Below, piece by piece: positions 8,766 through 17,629 of a stretch of 31,250 bases of DNA. A model generated the notes under the pieces. It was not told where the DNA came from, ran no database searches, and saw nothing but the letters and a program-made list of their open reading frames with translations. How positions within the stretch are numbered: the stretch's first letter is position 1; each line of letters opens with the position of its first letter. Location of the stretch: assembly GCA_041300305.1 (NCBI GenBank), contig JBFYUA010000118.1:1-31250 (forward strand), given 5' to 3'. This DNA comes from Dehalococcoidia bacterium (GTDB lineage Bacteria > Chloroflexota > Dehalococcoidia > GIF9 > UBA5629). A program made the translations under genes and the position numbers.

Positions 8766-9773
8766 ATGTCGAAGGCAAACACCAATACAAAGCAGCAGTT
8801 GACGGAGGAATTAGAACAACTGCGGGAGCAGGTCCGGCAGTTCAAGAAACTGGAACAGGAGTTTAAAAACATCGAGCAGGTATTGAGGTGCGCGGAGGAG
8901 CAGTGGCGGCGCCTTTTTGAGGATGCCCGTCACGGGATACTGGTAATGGACGCAGATACAGAACTGGTCCGGGACGTCAACCCGCATTTTTTGGCTATGC
9001 TGGGTTATTCCAAAAACGAGGTGATTGAAAAGAACCTCTTTGACCTTGACTGCTTCATCGACGTAGAAAAAAACAAGGCCGCTTTCCGGGAATTGAAGAC
9101 GAAGGGCCACTGTCATCTTAATAATGTGCCTCTGGAAACCAGGGGCGGCCTGCGCCTCGATATAGAGATAGATTCCAAAGTGTGCACCGTCAATGATAAC
9201 AAGATCATACACTGCAATTTCCGTGATAATACCGAGCGCAACCGCACTGAGAGGGAGATACGTTTAATCGCTACCCACGATACTCTGACCGGACTGCCCA
9301 ACCGGATATTGTTCCTTGACCGCGCGCACATAGCGTTACTGCACGCGCAGCGCAGAAAAAAGATGGTGGCCGTGATTTCACTGGACCTGGATAAATTCAG
9401 CGCCGTTAACGAGACGCTGGGCAACGATATGGGAGATAAATTATTGAAGGCCGCGGCGGAAAGGTTCACCGGCCTGCTGCGTAAGAGCGATACCGTTGCC
9501 AGGGTCGGAGGGGACGAATTCGCCATAGTACTGCCCGAACTGGAGCATACCGGCCATGCGACCGGGATCGCCGATAAACTCATCGGCGCCTTCAGGCAGC
9601 AGTTCATGGTCAACGGCCGCAGGGTGATAATTACCATCAGCGCAGGTATGGCAATCTACCCCGGTGACGGTAAAGACATCGAAACATTACTCCAGTGCGC
9701 CGATAAGCTGATGTACAATGTCCGCTCTCACGGCAGCAATACTTACCAGGTGTCACAAAAAACACCGGCCTGA
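8766..9773 (+). CDS. Coiled-coil/PAS/GGDEF diguanylate cyclase
   Basis: N-terminal coiled coil, PAS (FEDARHGILVMD...DVNPHF..MLGYS), HDTLTGLPNR, intact GGDEF with RxxD I-site (RKSD). SD GGAGG before ATG 8766. Confidence 0.9.
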   Translation: MSKANTNTKQQLTEELEQLREQVRQFKKLEQEFKNIEQVLRCAEEQWRRLFEDARHGILVMDADTELVRDVNPHFLAMLGYSKNEVIEKNLFDLDCFIDVEKNKAAFRELKTKGHCHLNNVPLETRGGLRLDIEIDSKVCTVNDNKIIHCNFRDNTERNRTEREIRLIATHDTLTGLPNRILFLDRAHIALLHAQRRKKMVAVISLDLDKFSAVNETLGNDMGDKLLKAAAERFTGLLRKSDTVARVGGDEFAIVLPELEHTGHATGIADKLIGAFRQQFMVNGRRVIITISAGMAIYPGDGKDIETLLQCADKLMYNVRSHGSNTYQVSQKTPA

Positions 9774-9811
9774 ACGGCAATCACAAATAACTGCCCTGCA
9801 ACGTCGTAATT

Positions 9812-10576
9812 ATGCCGGATGAAAGAACAGGGGCGCTGAAACCGCTTAAATGGTATAAAAGCCTGGCCACCAGGGAGGGGCGGATTGAAGCCGGGGCTTT
9901 TCTGGTGGAGGGTGGCCGCGCCATCAGCCAGGTAGCCGGCAATCACCCTGGTGAAGTAAGTGAGATACTATTTACCACCGAACTGCCGCCCGGGTACAAC
10001 AGCTTCGCCAACCGCAGGGTGACAGATAGCCAGCTACGATCCATTTGTTGCTCTCAGACACCCCAGGGGACCGCTGCTGTGGTACGTATGCCCGGCGATA
10101 TCTACTCTGACATCCTGCCGGAAAAGACCGGAAATAGAATCCTGCTGCTCGAAGATATCCAGGACCCGGGCAATGCAGGCACGCTCATACGCACGGCCGC
10201 AGCCTTCGGTTACTCGGGTGTGATTCTGACTGAGAAAAGCGCCGACCCTTTCTCTCCCAAATGCGTCCAGTCAACTGCCGGCGCTATACTATCGTTATGG
10301 ATAAGAAGAACACCTGCTTATCTCGAACTTATAAAAGCACTTAAACGCGATAGCTATCAGCTTGTAGCAGCAGACCTTGAGGGAGACGAAAGTCCATCCC
10401 TATTGCACGCAAAGACAAAACTGCTACTAGCACTCGGCAACGAAGCATCCGGCCTCTCGGCAGCGGTGCTCCAGGCGGCGGACAACAGGATAAGAATACC
10501 CATAGGCCGCGAAAGGGCCGAGTCGCTGAATGTCGCCGCCTGCGGCGCCATCTGCATGTATCTCAGCCGGACCTGA
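9812..10576 (+). CDS. TrmH/SpoU family RNA 2'-O-methyltransferase
   Basis: EDIQDPGNAGTLIRTA, LGNEASG, ESLNVAA SPOUT motifs. Confidence 0.92.
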   Translation: MPDERTGALKPLKWYKSLATREGRIEAGAFLVEGGRAISQVAGNHPGEVSEILFTTELPPGYNSFANRRVTDSQLRSICCSQTPQGTAAVVRMPGDIYSDILPEKTGNRILLLEDIQDPGNAGTLIRTAAAFGYSGVILTEKSADPFSPKCVQSTAGAILSLWIRRTPAYLELIKALKRDSYQLVAADLEGDESPSLLHAKTKLLLALGNEASGLSAAVLQAADNRIRIPIGRERAESLNVAACGAICMYLSRT

Positions 10577-10591
10577 TGGCAGATTATTATT

Positions 10592-11023
10592 CTAATACCA
10601 TCTATAATACTGCGCGATAGCAATAATACCCTGTATTATGAAGGCAATGCCCACGATTACATTAAGCGTGGCGGGATTGATCAGTATCATAATGCCGAAG
10701 ATAAAGAATAAAATACCCGTTATCAGCGGCACCATGGCAAATCCCGTAGTGAAAATATAGGTCAACCCGATGATGATGAGGTAAATGGCCACGAGATAAT
10801 TGAGTATCCTCGGTATTATCATGACCACGATGCCGAAGATGAGCGAGATGATCCCTATCAACAGACTGCCCGACATTATACCGCCGATGCCTGCCAGGAT
10901 AAGGGCGATACCGACCAGGTAGTTCAGTATGCGGGGAAACGCCAGAATAAGGATGCCGAAGAGCAGGGCGATGATACCGCCGATCAGGCCTGCCACCGGG
11001 AAAGCAAAATTAAACGGAAACAT
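10592..11023 (-). CDS. Small hydrophobic membrane protein with three tandem DUF3096-like hairpin repeats
   Basis: PRILNYLV occurs twice (residues 30-37 and 71-78) and PATLNVIV is a third copy. SD GAGGAGGTG lies 7 nt before ATG 11023. Confidence 0.75.
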   Translation of the reverse strand: MFPFNFAFPVAGLIGGIIALLFGILILAFPRILNYLVGIALILAGIGGIMSGSLLIGIISLIFGIVVMIIPRILNYLVAIYLIIIGLTYIFTTGFAMVPLITGILFFIFGIMILINPATLNVIVGIAFIIQGIIAIAQYYRWY

Positions 11024-11238
11024 CAATTGTCACCTCCTCACTCATATATTACAATAACGCGCCAAATTATTCGCCCCGGGACTGCCGCCCCGCCGCTACC
11101 ATGCTCCTGTCCCCGCCATCATGTGAACGCCGCGTATTGGTTGCGTACATGGAGCAGAGGCCGACGGCCGGTGAACCCCGGAGGCTGATGTAGTAGAATA
11201 CAGGTAATCAGGCTTAAGTTAGCGCAAAGGAGGCTATC

Positions 11239-12828
11239 ATGACTCGCAGAGTATTTATGCTGCTATTGGCACTTATCCTGTTGTCCTGGTGCCTTTCACT
11301 CTCCTGTGCGGGGGGAGTAAAACCGGAAGTGCCGAAAATCACGCTGGACAGCGGTATCATCAGCGGGACCGCATCGGACGGGGTGCCGGCCTACCTCGGG
11401 ATCCCTTATGCGGCGCCGCCGGTGGGAGACCTGCGCTGGCGGGAACCACAGCCTGTGAAAAAGTGGGACGGGGTATTGGACTGCAGCCAATACGCACTTG
11501 CCTGCCCGCAGGCAAAATCACTTTTTTATGATGTGGGGGCTACCAGCGAAGATTGCCTCTACCTGAATGTCTGGTCCACAGCCAAAAGCCCTGAAGCAAA
11601 ATTACCGGTAATGGTCTGGATACATGGAGGCAGTTACACCACCGGGGCGGGTTCACAACTGATGTACGAGGGCAAGAACCTGGCCAAACGGGATGTAGTA
11701 GTGGTGACTATCAATTACCGACTGGGCCCGTTGGGCTTTCTCTCTCATCCCCTGCTCAGCAGGGAGTCCCCGCACGGCGTATCAGGCAACTACGGCCTGC
11801 TCGACCAGATAGCCGCGCTTAAATGGGTAAAAAAGAACATACAGGGCTTCGGCGGTGACCCCAACCGTGTGACTGTTTTCGGCGAGTCGGCCGGCGCCGC
11901 CAGCATCTGCAGCCTGATGGTTAGCCCCCTTGCGGAGGGCCTTTTTCAACAGGCAATATCCGAAAGCGGCTCCTTCGGAGATGCCTATCCCGTAGCCAGG
12001 GAAAACACGGTTGAGAAGGCGGAGAAAACCGGGCTTGACCTGGCTGTCACACTTGGCTGCGATAAGGCAGAAAACGTGCTGGCGGCGATGCGGCAGAAGA
12101 GCGCCGACGATATTGTCTGCGCCGCTTATAAAAACTACGATGCCAATGGAGGAATAAAATTCAGGCCGGTAAACGATGGTTGGGTCATACCCGGTAACCC
12201 ATGGTCGCTATTCACGGCAGGCAAACAGGCTAAAGTTCCCCTATTAATCGGCACAAATACCGATGAAGGCAGCATTTTCATACTTCCCAGGCTACTCGTA
12301 AAGAGGATGACCCGGCAGGATTACGAAGGGTTTATTAAGGATCTTTATAAGGATAATGCGGCAGCAGTCCTTGCCCGGTTTCCCGCTGCCGGCACAGACG
12401 AGGTACCTGCCTCCTACAGCAAGATGTTCACCATCATGAGCTTCGCCGCAGGGGCGCTGCATGCCGCTGACACAACGGCAGCCATCAATTCCCCGGTTTA
12501 TATGTATAAATTCACGCGTGTCCCGGATACACTGTTAAAAATTTTCGGCTCTTTCCACGGCCTGGAGATATTCTATCTGTTCGGGAACTTTATGATACGG
12601 GTCATCTCTATACCCGATACCCCGGCCGATTCATCACTTTCGCAGACTATTATGGGCTATTGGAGCAATTTCGCAAAGACCGGTAATCCCAACGGGCCGG
12701 GGCTGCCCGATTGGCCGGCTTACTCGGCTGATAAGGGCCGGTATATCGAACTCGGCGAGAACGTTACTGCCTCGGCCGGCCTCTATGAAGAATACCGTGA
12801 GCTGATCAACCTGGTCACCGTCAGGTAA
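11239..12828 (+). CDS. Type-B carboxylesterase/lipase (pNB-esterase-like) with N-terminal signal peptide
   Basis: GIPYAAPPVGDLRW, SEDCLYLNVW, WIHGG, nucleophile GESAG, Glu in GTNTDEG, His in SFHGLEI. SD AAGGAGG. Confidence 0.93.
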   Translation: MTRRVFMLLLALILLSWCLSLSCAGGVKPEVPKITLDSGIISGTASDGVPAYLGIPYAAPPVGDLRWREPQPVKKWDGVLDCSQYALACPQAKSLFYDVGATSEDCLYLNVWSTAKSPEAKLPVMVWIHGGSYTTGAGSQLMYEGKNLAKRDVVVVTINYRLGPLGFLSHPLLSRESPHGVSGNYGLLDQIAALKWVKKNIQGFGGDPNRVTVFGESAGAASICSLMVSPLAEGLFQQAISESGSFGDAYPVARENTVEKAEKTGLDLAVTLGCDKAENVLAAMRQKSADDIVCAAYKNYDANGGIKFRPVNDGWVIPGNPWSLFTAGKQAKVPLLIGTNTDEGSIFILPRLLVKRMTRQDYEGFIKDLYKDNAAAVLARFPAAGTDEVPASYSKMFTIMSFAAGALHAADTTAAINSPVYMYKFTRVPDTLLKIFGSFHGLEIFYLFGNFMIRVISIPDTPADSSLSQTIMGYWSNFAKTGNPNGPGLPDWPAYSADKGRYIELGENVTASAGLYEEYRELINLVTVR

Positions 12829-12873
12829 CACCCCGTGCGGAAGATTTCAGTTTTGTAAATATGTATTCAGCCT

Positions 12874-12882
12874 TGCTATAAT
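12874..12882 (+). promoter_or_regulatory. Extended -10 TGcTATAAT 9 nt before ATG 12892
   Basis: Consensus match with no SD. Confidence 0.6.
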
Positions 12883-12891
12883 GATCACGTT

Positions 12892-13515
12892 ATGAAAAGT
12901 GGCTGGAGCAGCTTTTTCCCGTGCTCTAACTGCGGCTCACAGAATGTCACCGGCGCCGGTTACTGCGGCAATTGCGGGGTAAACCTGTATTATAATTGCC
13001 CCGAGTGCCAGGGGTGGGTGGATGCGACATCCTCAAATTGCCCCAACTGCAGGGTAAAACTCGATTGGCCGGCAGGCGACTTCCGTGCCAAACCTCCATC
13101 CGCTGTCATGCTGCTGCTGCTGGGCATTGTTATGCTGGCCATCGGCGGTGTCTACCTCATCGCAAATAATTCAGATTCCGCTAACGCAGTTTCTCATAAA
13201 ACAGTCAACGCCACGTCCTCAACTCCTGCTTCTAATCCGTGGCCGGAAATAAACGCCGCGCAACCGTTGATCCCGTATCAATACAACCCGCCTTCGATTG
13301 ATAATACGGATACCGCAGATTATCCGGGTTACAGCCCGGCTTCAGCGTCCAACCGGGATACGGCCTTCTACGACCCGGTTATTATCATACCGGCCAACAC
13401 ACCACCGGTGGCCGAAACCGGTATGAATAGCCCGCAGGGCCGGTCTTACCTGGACACTGTTTACCCCACCTGGGGCCATTGCTCAGGCGGCCGTTGCCGC
13501 AGTATTACACAATAA
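12892..13515 (+). CDS. Double zinc-ribbon, single-TM protein with P/T/N-rich tail
   Basis: Four CxxC pairs (CSNC, CGNC, CPEC, CPNC) ending in WP, TM SAVMLLLLGIVMLAIGGVYLIA, C-terminal WGHCSGGRC. Confidence 0.8.
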   Translation: MKSGWSSFFPCSNCGSQNVTGAGYCGNCGVNLYYNCPECQGWVDATSSNCPNCRVKLDWPAGDFRAKPPSAVMLLLLGIVMLAIGGVYLIANNSDSANAVSHKTVNATSSTPASNPWPEINAAQPLIPYQYNPPSIDNTDTADYPGYSPASASNRDTAFYDPVIIIPANTPPVAETGMNSPQGRSYLDTVYPTWGHCSGGRCRSITQ

Positions 13516-13555
13516 CGTCCCGCCAACAGCTTATCTCATGGGTATTGCGCTGTAG

Positions 13556-13735
13556 TTACCTGCTCTTCTGGACGCTGTCCAGGACAACTTCATAAAGTTC
13601 AAGCTTTTCTTTCTTGAGCAGGGCCTCTATCTTCTTTTTAATGGCCAGCGCCTTCTCCATGGATTTGCTCTGTTCCTCGTCCGGAAAGGTTGCCTGTACC
13701 TTAATATGGGCCGTGTTAAACCGGGCGTGTGTCAT
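13556..13735 (-). CDS. Small hypothetical protein (59 aa), absent from the ORF track
   Basis: MTHARFNTAHIKVQATFPDEEQSKSMEKALAIKKKIEALLKKEKLELYEVVLDSVQKSR. Strong SD AAGGAGGT 8 nt upstream; 41 nt downstream of the glpX stop. Confidence 0.75.
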   Translation of the reverse strand: MTHARFNTAHIKVQATFPDEEQSKSMEKALAIKKKIEALLKKEKLELYEVVLDSVQKSR

Positions 13736-13776
13736 TTCACTTTACCTCCTTGTAATCCGCCATGACCGTGGCCAAT

Positions 13777-14778
13777 TCAATGTACTTCAAAGAAACTTAG
13801 TTTGTCCAGCCGTTCAAAGTTATGCTGGGCTTCAATCCAACGGACAGTGCCTGAACGGCCGCGCATCGCTATGGACTGGGTCGACGCCCCTCCGCTAAAG
13901 TAGCGGACGCCCTTCAACAGTACGCTGCTGCTGATGCCGGTAGCTGCGAAAAATACATCGTCACTGTCTATCAGGTCCTCCGTTTTATAGACCTTATCCA
14001 CATCGATACCGCCGGCTGCGGCTGTCTCTCTTTCCCCGCTATCACGCGGCCAGGCCTTGCATTGAATAGCGCCCCCGATGCAATGGATTGCCGCAGCGGA
14101 GAGCACACCCTCCGGCGTGCCTCCGATGCCCATGAGGACATCGACCTCCCTGTCGGGCAGGGCCGCCTCGATGCTGGCCGCGATATCGCCATCGGAGATC
14201 AATTTGACCCGGGCGCCGGCGCTCCTGATATCTGCTATCAACTGCTCGTGGCGCGGCCTGTCCAAAACAACCACGGTAAGCTCGGATAATTTTCTTTTCT
14301 TGGCTGCGGCGATATTTTTCAGGTTTTCAGCTACCGGTGCATTGATATCGATACAGTCTTTGGCCTGTGGACCGGTGACGATTTTATTCATGTAAACAAA
14401 ATGCCTTGGCCAGTGCATGGTGCCCCTGGCCGAAAGCGCCACAACGGCGATGGCCCCCGGCAGTCCCCTGGCAACGAGAGTGGTGCCGTCGACAGGGTCA
14501 ACGGCGATATCCACCTTTAAATCCGAGCCGCCGCCGATATGCTCCCCAATGAATAACATGGGAGCGTGGTCCTTTTCCCCTTCCCCTATAATGACGATAC
14601 CATCCATCGCAACATAACCCAAAACATAACGCATGGCAGCTACGGCTGCCGCATCCACCTTTATCTTATCGCCCCTGCCCAGGTAACGGGCTGATGCCAG
14701 GGCTGCAGCTTCAGTAACCCGCACCAGCTCCATGGCAATATTACGTTCGATTGGCATATCGGATTTTCTGGATTTCAT
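13777..14778 (-). CDS. glpX: Class II fructose-1,6-bisphosphatase
   Basis: ELVRVTEAAA, IGEGEKD, DIAVDPVDGT, GIGGTPEGV, DVFFAATG. Confidence 0.95.
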   Translation of the reverse strand: MKSRKSDMPIERNIAMELVRVTEAAALASARYLGRGDKIKVDAAAVAAMRYVLGYVAMDGIVIIGEGEKDHAPMLFIGEHIGGGSDLKVDIAVDPVDGTTLVARGLPGAIAVVALSARGTMHWPRHFVYMNKIVTGPQAKDCIDINAPVAENLKNIAAAKKRKLSELTVVVLDRPRHEQLIADIRSAGARVKLISDGDIAASIEAALPDREVDVLMGIGGTPEGVLSAAAIHCIGGAIQCKAWPRDSGERETAAAGGIDVDKVYKTEDLIDSDDVFFAATGISSSVLLKGVRYFSGGASTQSIAMRGRSGTVRWIEAQHNFERLDKLSFFEVH

Positions 14779-14907
14779 ATACTGCTCTTCACCTGCTCCC
14801 TATTCATACGACTACTGTCATTGCTGCGAAATAACCACGGTAAGTCTACATCTGATATGCCCCGCATGGCAAAGGTCCGTTCAGCGGAGTGCAATACCCT
14901 GCCGGAT

Positions 14908-14936
14908 TTGCTATTTTATGTTAAGTAGGGTATTAT
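14908..14936 (+). promoter_or_regulatory. Sigma70-type promoter TTGCTA-N17-TATTAT
   Basis: Hexamers at 14908-14913 and 14931-14936, upstream of the ORF at 15006. Confidence 0.5.
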
Positions 14937-15005
14937 TATATTGAAGCCGCAATTCAAGACAGTCCGTTTTACTTACAGCAGCAAAATACTGACGGGGGTA
15001 ATTTC

Positions 15006-15293
15006 ATGTCAATCAATCAATTCGCAGATATCAGTAAAGACCTGTTCAACCAGATCAAGTATATTGAAAGCACGGTAAAGGACGATTTATTCAAAGAAGC
15101 GGCCAGGCTGCTGTCAGCCGCTGAAGAAACCTGCGGAAATCTTGAATCTGCGATGGCACCGGATAACCAGGTACAAACGAAAATAGTGAATAACCGCCGG
15201 CTGGAAATACACTGGCTGCACGATGAAATCCAACAGGGTTTAAGCAAAAAGAACAGCAAACCCATCAAACGGCGCAAGACAAGCAGCAAATAG
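15006..15293 (+). CDS. Hypothetical helical protein with basic C-terminal tail
   Basis: 95 aa, GGGGG SD, own promoter, helical amphipathic pattern, tail KKNSKPIKRRKTSSK. Confidence 0.65.
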   Translation: MSINQFADISKDLFNQIKYIESTVKDDLFKEAARLLSAAEETCGNLESAMAPDNQVQTKIVNNRRLEIHWLHDEIQQGLSKKNSKPIKRRKTSSK

Positions 15294-15373
15294 TAATTGT
15301 ATCGCGGCCGGGACCGGCGCCATGGCTGCCAACCGCTTTTTCAAGACGGCAGTCCAAAAAATGTAGACCCCTG

Positions 15374-15949
15374 CTAAATTTTGCGGAGGAGCACGGCCAT
15401 GCTCATGGATACCGCTGGTTCGGCATCTATCACAAACCCTTCCTGTAGTGCGGTTGATACGGTTTTCTTGAATTCCGCCCGGGTGACATGCAGCCTGGGT
15501 TCCGCAATTAATAACGTGCCCGACGGTTTAAGGGACTCATTTATCTCCCGCAGAAATTTATCCCGTTGGGCGACCTCATGGACCATCCAGAAGGTCAGGG
15601 CAAAATCAGCCGCCATGGTTAAGCCCAGGCTATTTTCTGTACACCTCTGAAACCGCATTCTACTATCCAGCCCGGCTTTTGCGGCCTTATGCCTGGCAGC
15701 TTCCAGCATCCGCGCCTGCATGTCAACGCAAATAACCTCACCATCTTGCCCCACCAGCCGTGCCAGTGGTAGGGAGAAATATCCCATACCGCACCCTATA
15801 TCCAGCACAGTCTGTCCCGGCTGCACCAGGCCCCTTAACATCAAAGCGGGATCCTGAATTAAGCGCCTGAGCGGATTATCAAAAGTAAAGCATAGCCACC
15901 ATGGGCAGGTATGACGCTCCCTGAAGAGCACTCTGTCAATAAATTCCAT
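15374..15949 (-). CDS. Class I SAM-dependent methyltransferase
   Basis: Motif I VLDIGCGMG, motif II VICVD, ADFAL...WMVHE, LKPSG. Confidence 0.88.
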   Translation of the reverse strand: MEFIDRVLFRERHTCPWWLCFTFDNPLRRLIQDPALMLRGLVQPGQTVLDIGCGMGYFSLPLARLVGQDGEVICVDMQARMLEAARHKAAKAGLDSRMRFQRCTENSLGLTMAADFALTFWMVHEVAQRDKFLREINESLKPSGTLLIAEPRLHVTRAEFKKTVSTALQEGFVIDAEPAVSMSMAVLLRKI

Positions 15950-15957
15950 ACCGACAC

Positions 15958-15966
15958 ATCATATCA
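15958..15966 (-). promoter_or_regulatory. Extended -10 TGaTATGAT 8 nt before the methyltransferase ATG
   Basis: Minus strand reads TGATATGAT-GTGTCGGT-ATG, with no SD. Confidence 0.5.
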
Positions 15967-15967
15967 T

Positions 15968-16792
15968 TTAATTATGAACCGGAGTTTTTCGATGCCGCCT
16001 TAAAAACTCGAGAATTATCTTGCCGCTTTCCTCCGCCGAGTCCGAGATAAACCCATGCCCGGCGTTTTCCAGTATCACCAGCTCAGAACCGGGTATCCGG
16101 GAAGCCAGTATCCGTGAATTCTCGAACGGTATAAGCCGGTCCTTATCGCCGCAGATAACCAGGGTCGGCGCCTTAATCTGCGGCAGGCGGTCATAGCTGT
16201 CGAAACTCAAAATGAAATTCCCCTGGCTTGTATAGCCATGAGGCGGCGTGGGATGATCAGTGGTATGCGCCACATAGCGTTTGACGGCCTCCGGGTGCTT
16301 ATCAATAAAATCCTGATTCCACAGCCATGGTATGGTGGATAAGGCTTTTTCCTCATTGGAAAGTTTGGCCCGGCCCGGGTCGAAAAGAAACGCTGTTGCC
16401 TCCGGCGTCGACCTGACAGATTTGGGACCTCCGCAGGTCGTGCAACCTAAAATAAGGTTTTTCACCCGCCCCGGGTAGCGCAGAGTAAACTCCTGTGCAA
16501 TCATGCCTCCCATGGAGACGCCGAAAATATTTGCGGCGCCAATACCAATGGCATCCAGTAACCCGATGATATCCCCGGTCATCATTTCAGCAGTGTAGGG
16601 TATTTCGGGTTTATCACTCCTTCCGGTGCCCCTATTATCAAACAATATTACGCGGTTCTCTTTGGCCAGCCTGTCACGGATGACGAACCAGTGTCCGGAG
16701 TTCGAACCATAGCCCATGATCAGAAGCAAAGGCTCCCCTTCACCGTTAATCTCGTAATGCATATCGATATCACCAATCTTCGCAACAGGCAT
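15968..16792 (-). CDS. Alpha/beta-hydrolase (enol-lactonase/esterase-like)
   Basis: LFDNRGTGRS, nucleophile GVSMGG, acid GDKD, His AGHG. SD GGAGG. Confidence 0.9.
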   Translation of the reverse strand: MPVAKIGDIDMHYEINGEGEPLLLIMGYGSNSGHWFVIRDRLAKENRVILFDNRGTGRSDKPEIPYTAEMMTGDIIGLLDAIGIGAANIFGVSMGGMIAQEFTLRYPGRVKNLILGCTTCGGPKSVRSTPEATAFLFDPGRAKLSNEEKALSTIPWLWNQDFIDKHPEAVKRYVAHTTDHPTPPHGYTSQGNFILSFDSYDRLPQIKAPTLVICGDKDRLIPFENSRILASRIPGSELVILENAGHGFISDSAEESGKIILEFLRRHRKTPVHN

Positions 16793-16865
16793 CGGCAGAC
16801 CTCCTTATTTCTATTCAATTCACCATCGCGGTGGAGCGCCAGGGATCCCCCGGACAGAAAACTGC

Positions 16866-17330
16866 CTATTCTTCCAATTCTTCGTTTAGTGCCGCAATAT
16901 TAGCGATTTTACCCGTAGTAACCTGCAGGGCCACGTGGGTCTGGCTCTTCCTTACACCTGTTATCTTGGGCAGGTAATCCTTGAGAAATTTGGCCATGCC
17001 GGCGGACGATTCGAACCATGCGCCAAACAGGATATCGAACGGACCGGTGCAAAGCGCTACGAAGTCCACATTGCTACAACTGGCCAGTGACCGGGTAATA
17101 TCGTCTACGTGAGGCGCCTCAACCTCCAGCAGGATAAAGGCCCTTACACTGTATCCCAGTTTGGCCGGGTCAGGTATAACCGACCAATTGATTATGCCCT
17201 GCTGTACCAGGCGGATTATCCTTCGCCTCACCGTTTTTTCGCTCACCCCCAGCTTGCGGGACAAATCAATATTGCTCTGCCGCGCGTCGTTAGTCAACTC
17301 ACCGATCAGTTTACTGTCCAACCTGTCCAT
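16866..17330 (-). CDS. Lrp/AsnC family transcriptional regulator
   Basis: LDSKLIGELTNDARQSNIDLSRKLGVSEKTVRRRI HTH followed by a RAM domain (CTGPFDI). Confidence 0.92.
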   Translation of the reverse strand: MDRLDSKLIGELTNDARQSNIDLSRKLGVSEKTVRRRIIRLVQQGIINWSVIPDPAKLGYSVRAFILLEVEAPHVDDITRSLASCSNVDFVALCTGPFDILFGAWFESSAGMAKFLKDYLPKITGVRKSQTHVALQVTTGKIANIAALNEELEE

Positions 17331-17337
17331 GAATCCA

Positions 17338-17346
17338 ATTATAACA
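17338..17346 (-). promoter_or_regulatory. Extended -10 TGtTATAAT 7 nt before the Lrp ATG (leaderless)
   Basis: Minus strand reads TGTTATAAT-TGGATTC-ATG. Confidence 0.65.
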
Positions 17347-17563
17347 TGGCGAGATCCGGCGACAATGTCTACTGTGTGTTCCCCCGGGAAGCAACAGCAT
17401 CCAACATTAATTCGGCAGGAGAAATTTTTTACCGCTGCCCTTTTTACTTTTTTCGGAACCCTTTGGCAAAAGCATGCCCCGGGGAATTCTCAACAACGCT
17501 GCCGAAGTACCATTATCGGCAATATAGCAGCATTTTATGACCGTTATTAGACATGCTTGTCCC

Positions 17564-17597
17564 TTGACAACGTCGTTTTATGTGCATACTCTATAAT
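17564..17597 (+). promoter_or_regulatory. Promoter of the acyl-CoA dehydrogenase pair: TTGACA-N17-TACTCT with an overlapping TATAAT
   Basis: TTGACA 17564-17569, TACTCT 17587-17592, TATAAT 17592-17597. Confidence 0.6.
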
Positions 17598-17629
17598 AGA
17601 ATTAGGCCTGTATGCATTTAGGGGTGACC

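Noticed and set aside
17379-17486. Repeated CCCCGGG(G)AA elements in the Lrp/ACAD intergenic region as Lrp sites
   Set aside because: They are GC-rich, unlike known AT-rich Lrp sites, only two imperfect copies exist, and they could be chance.
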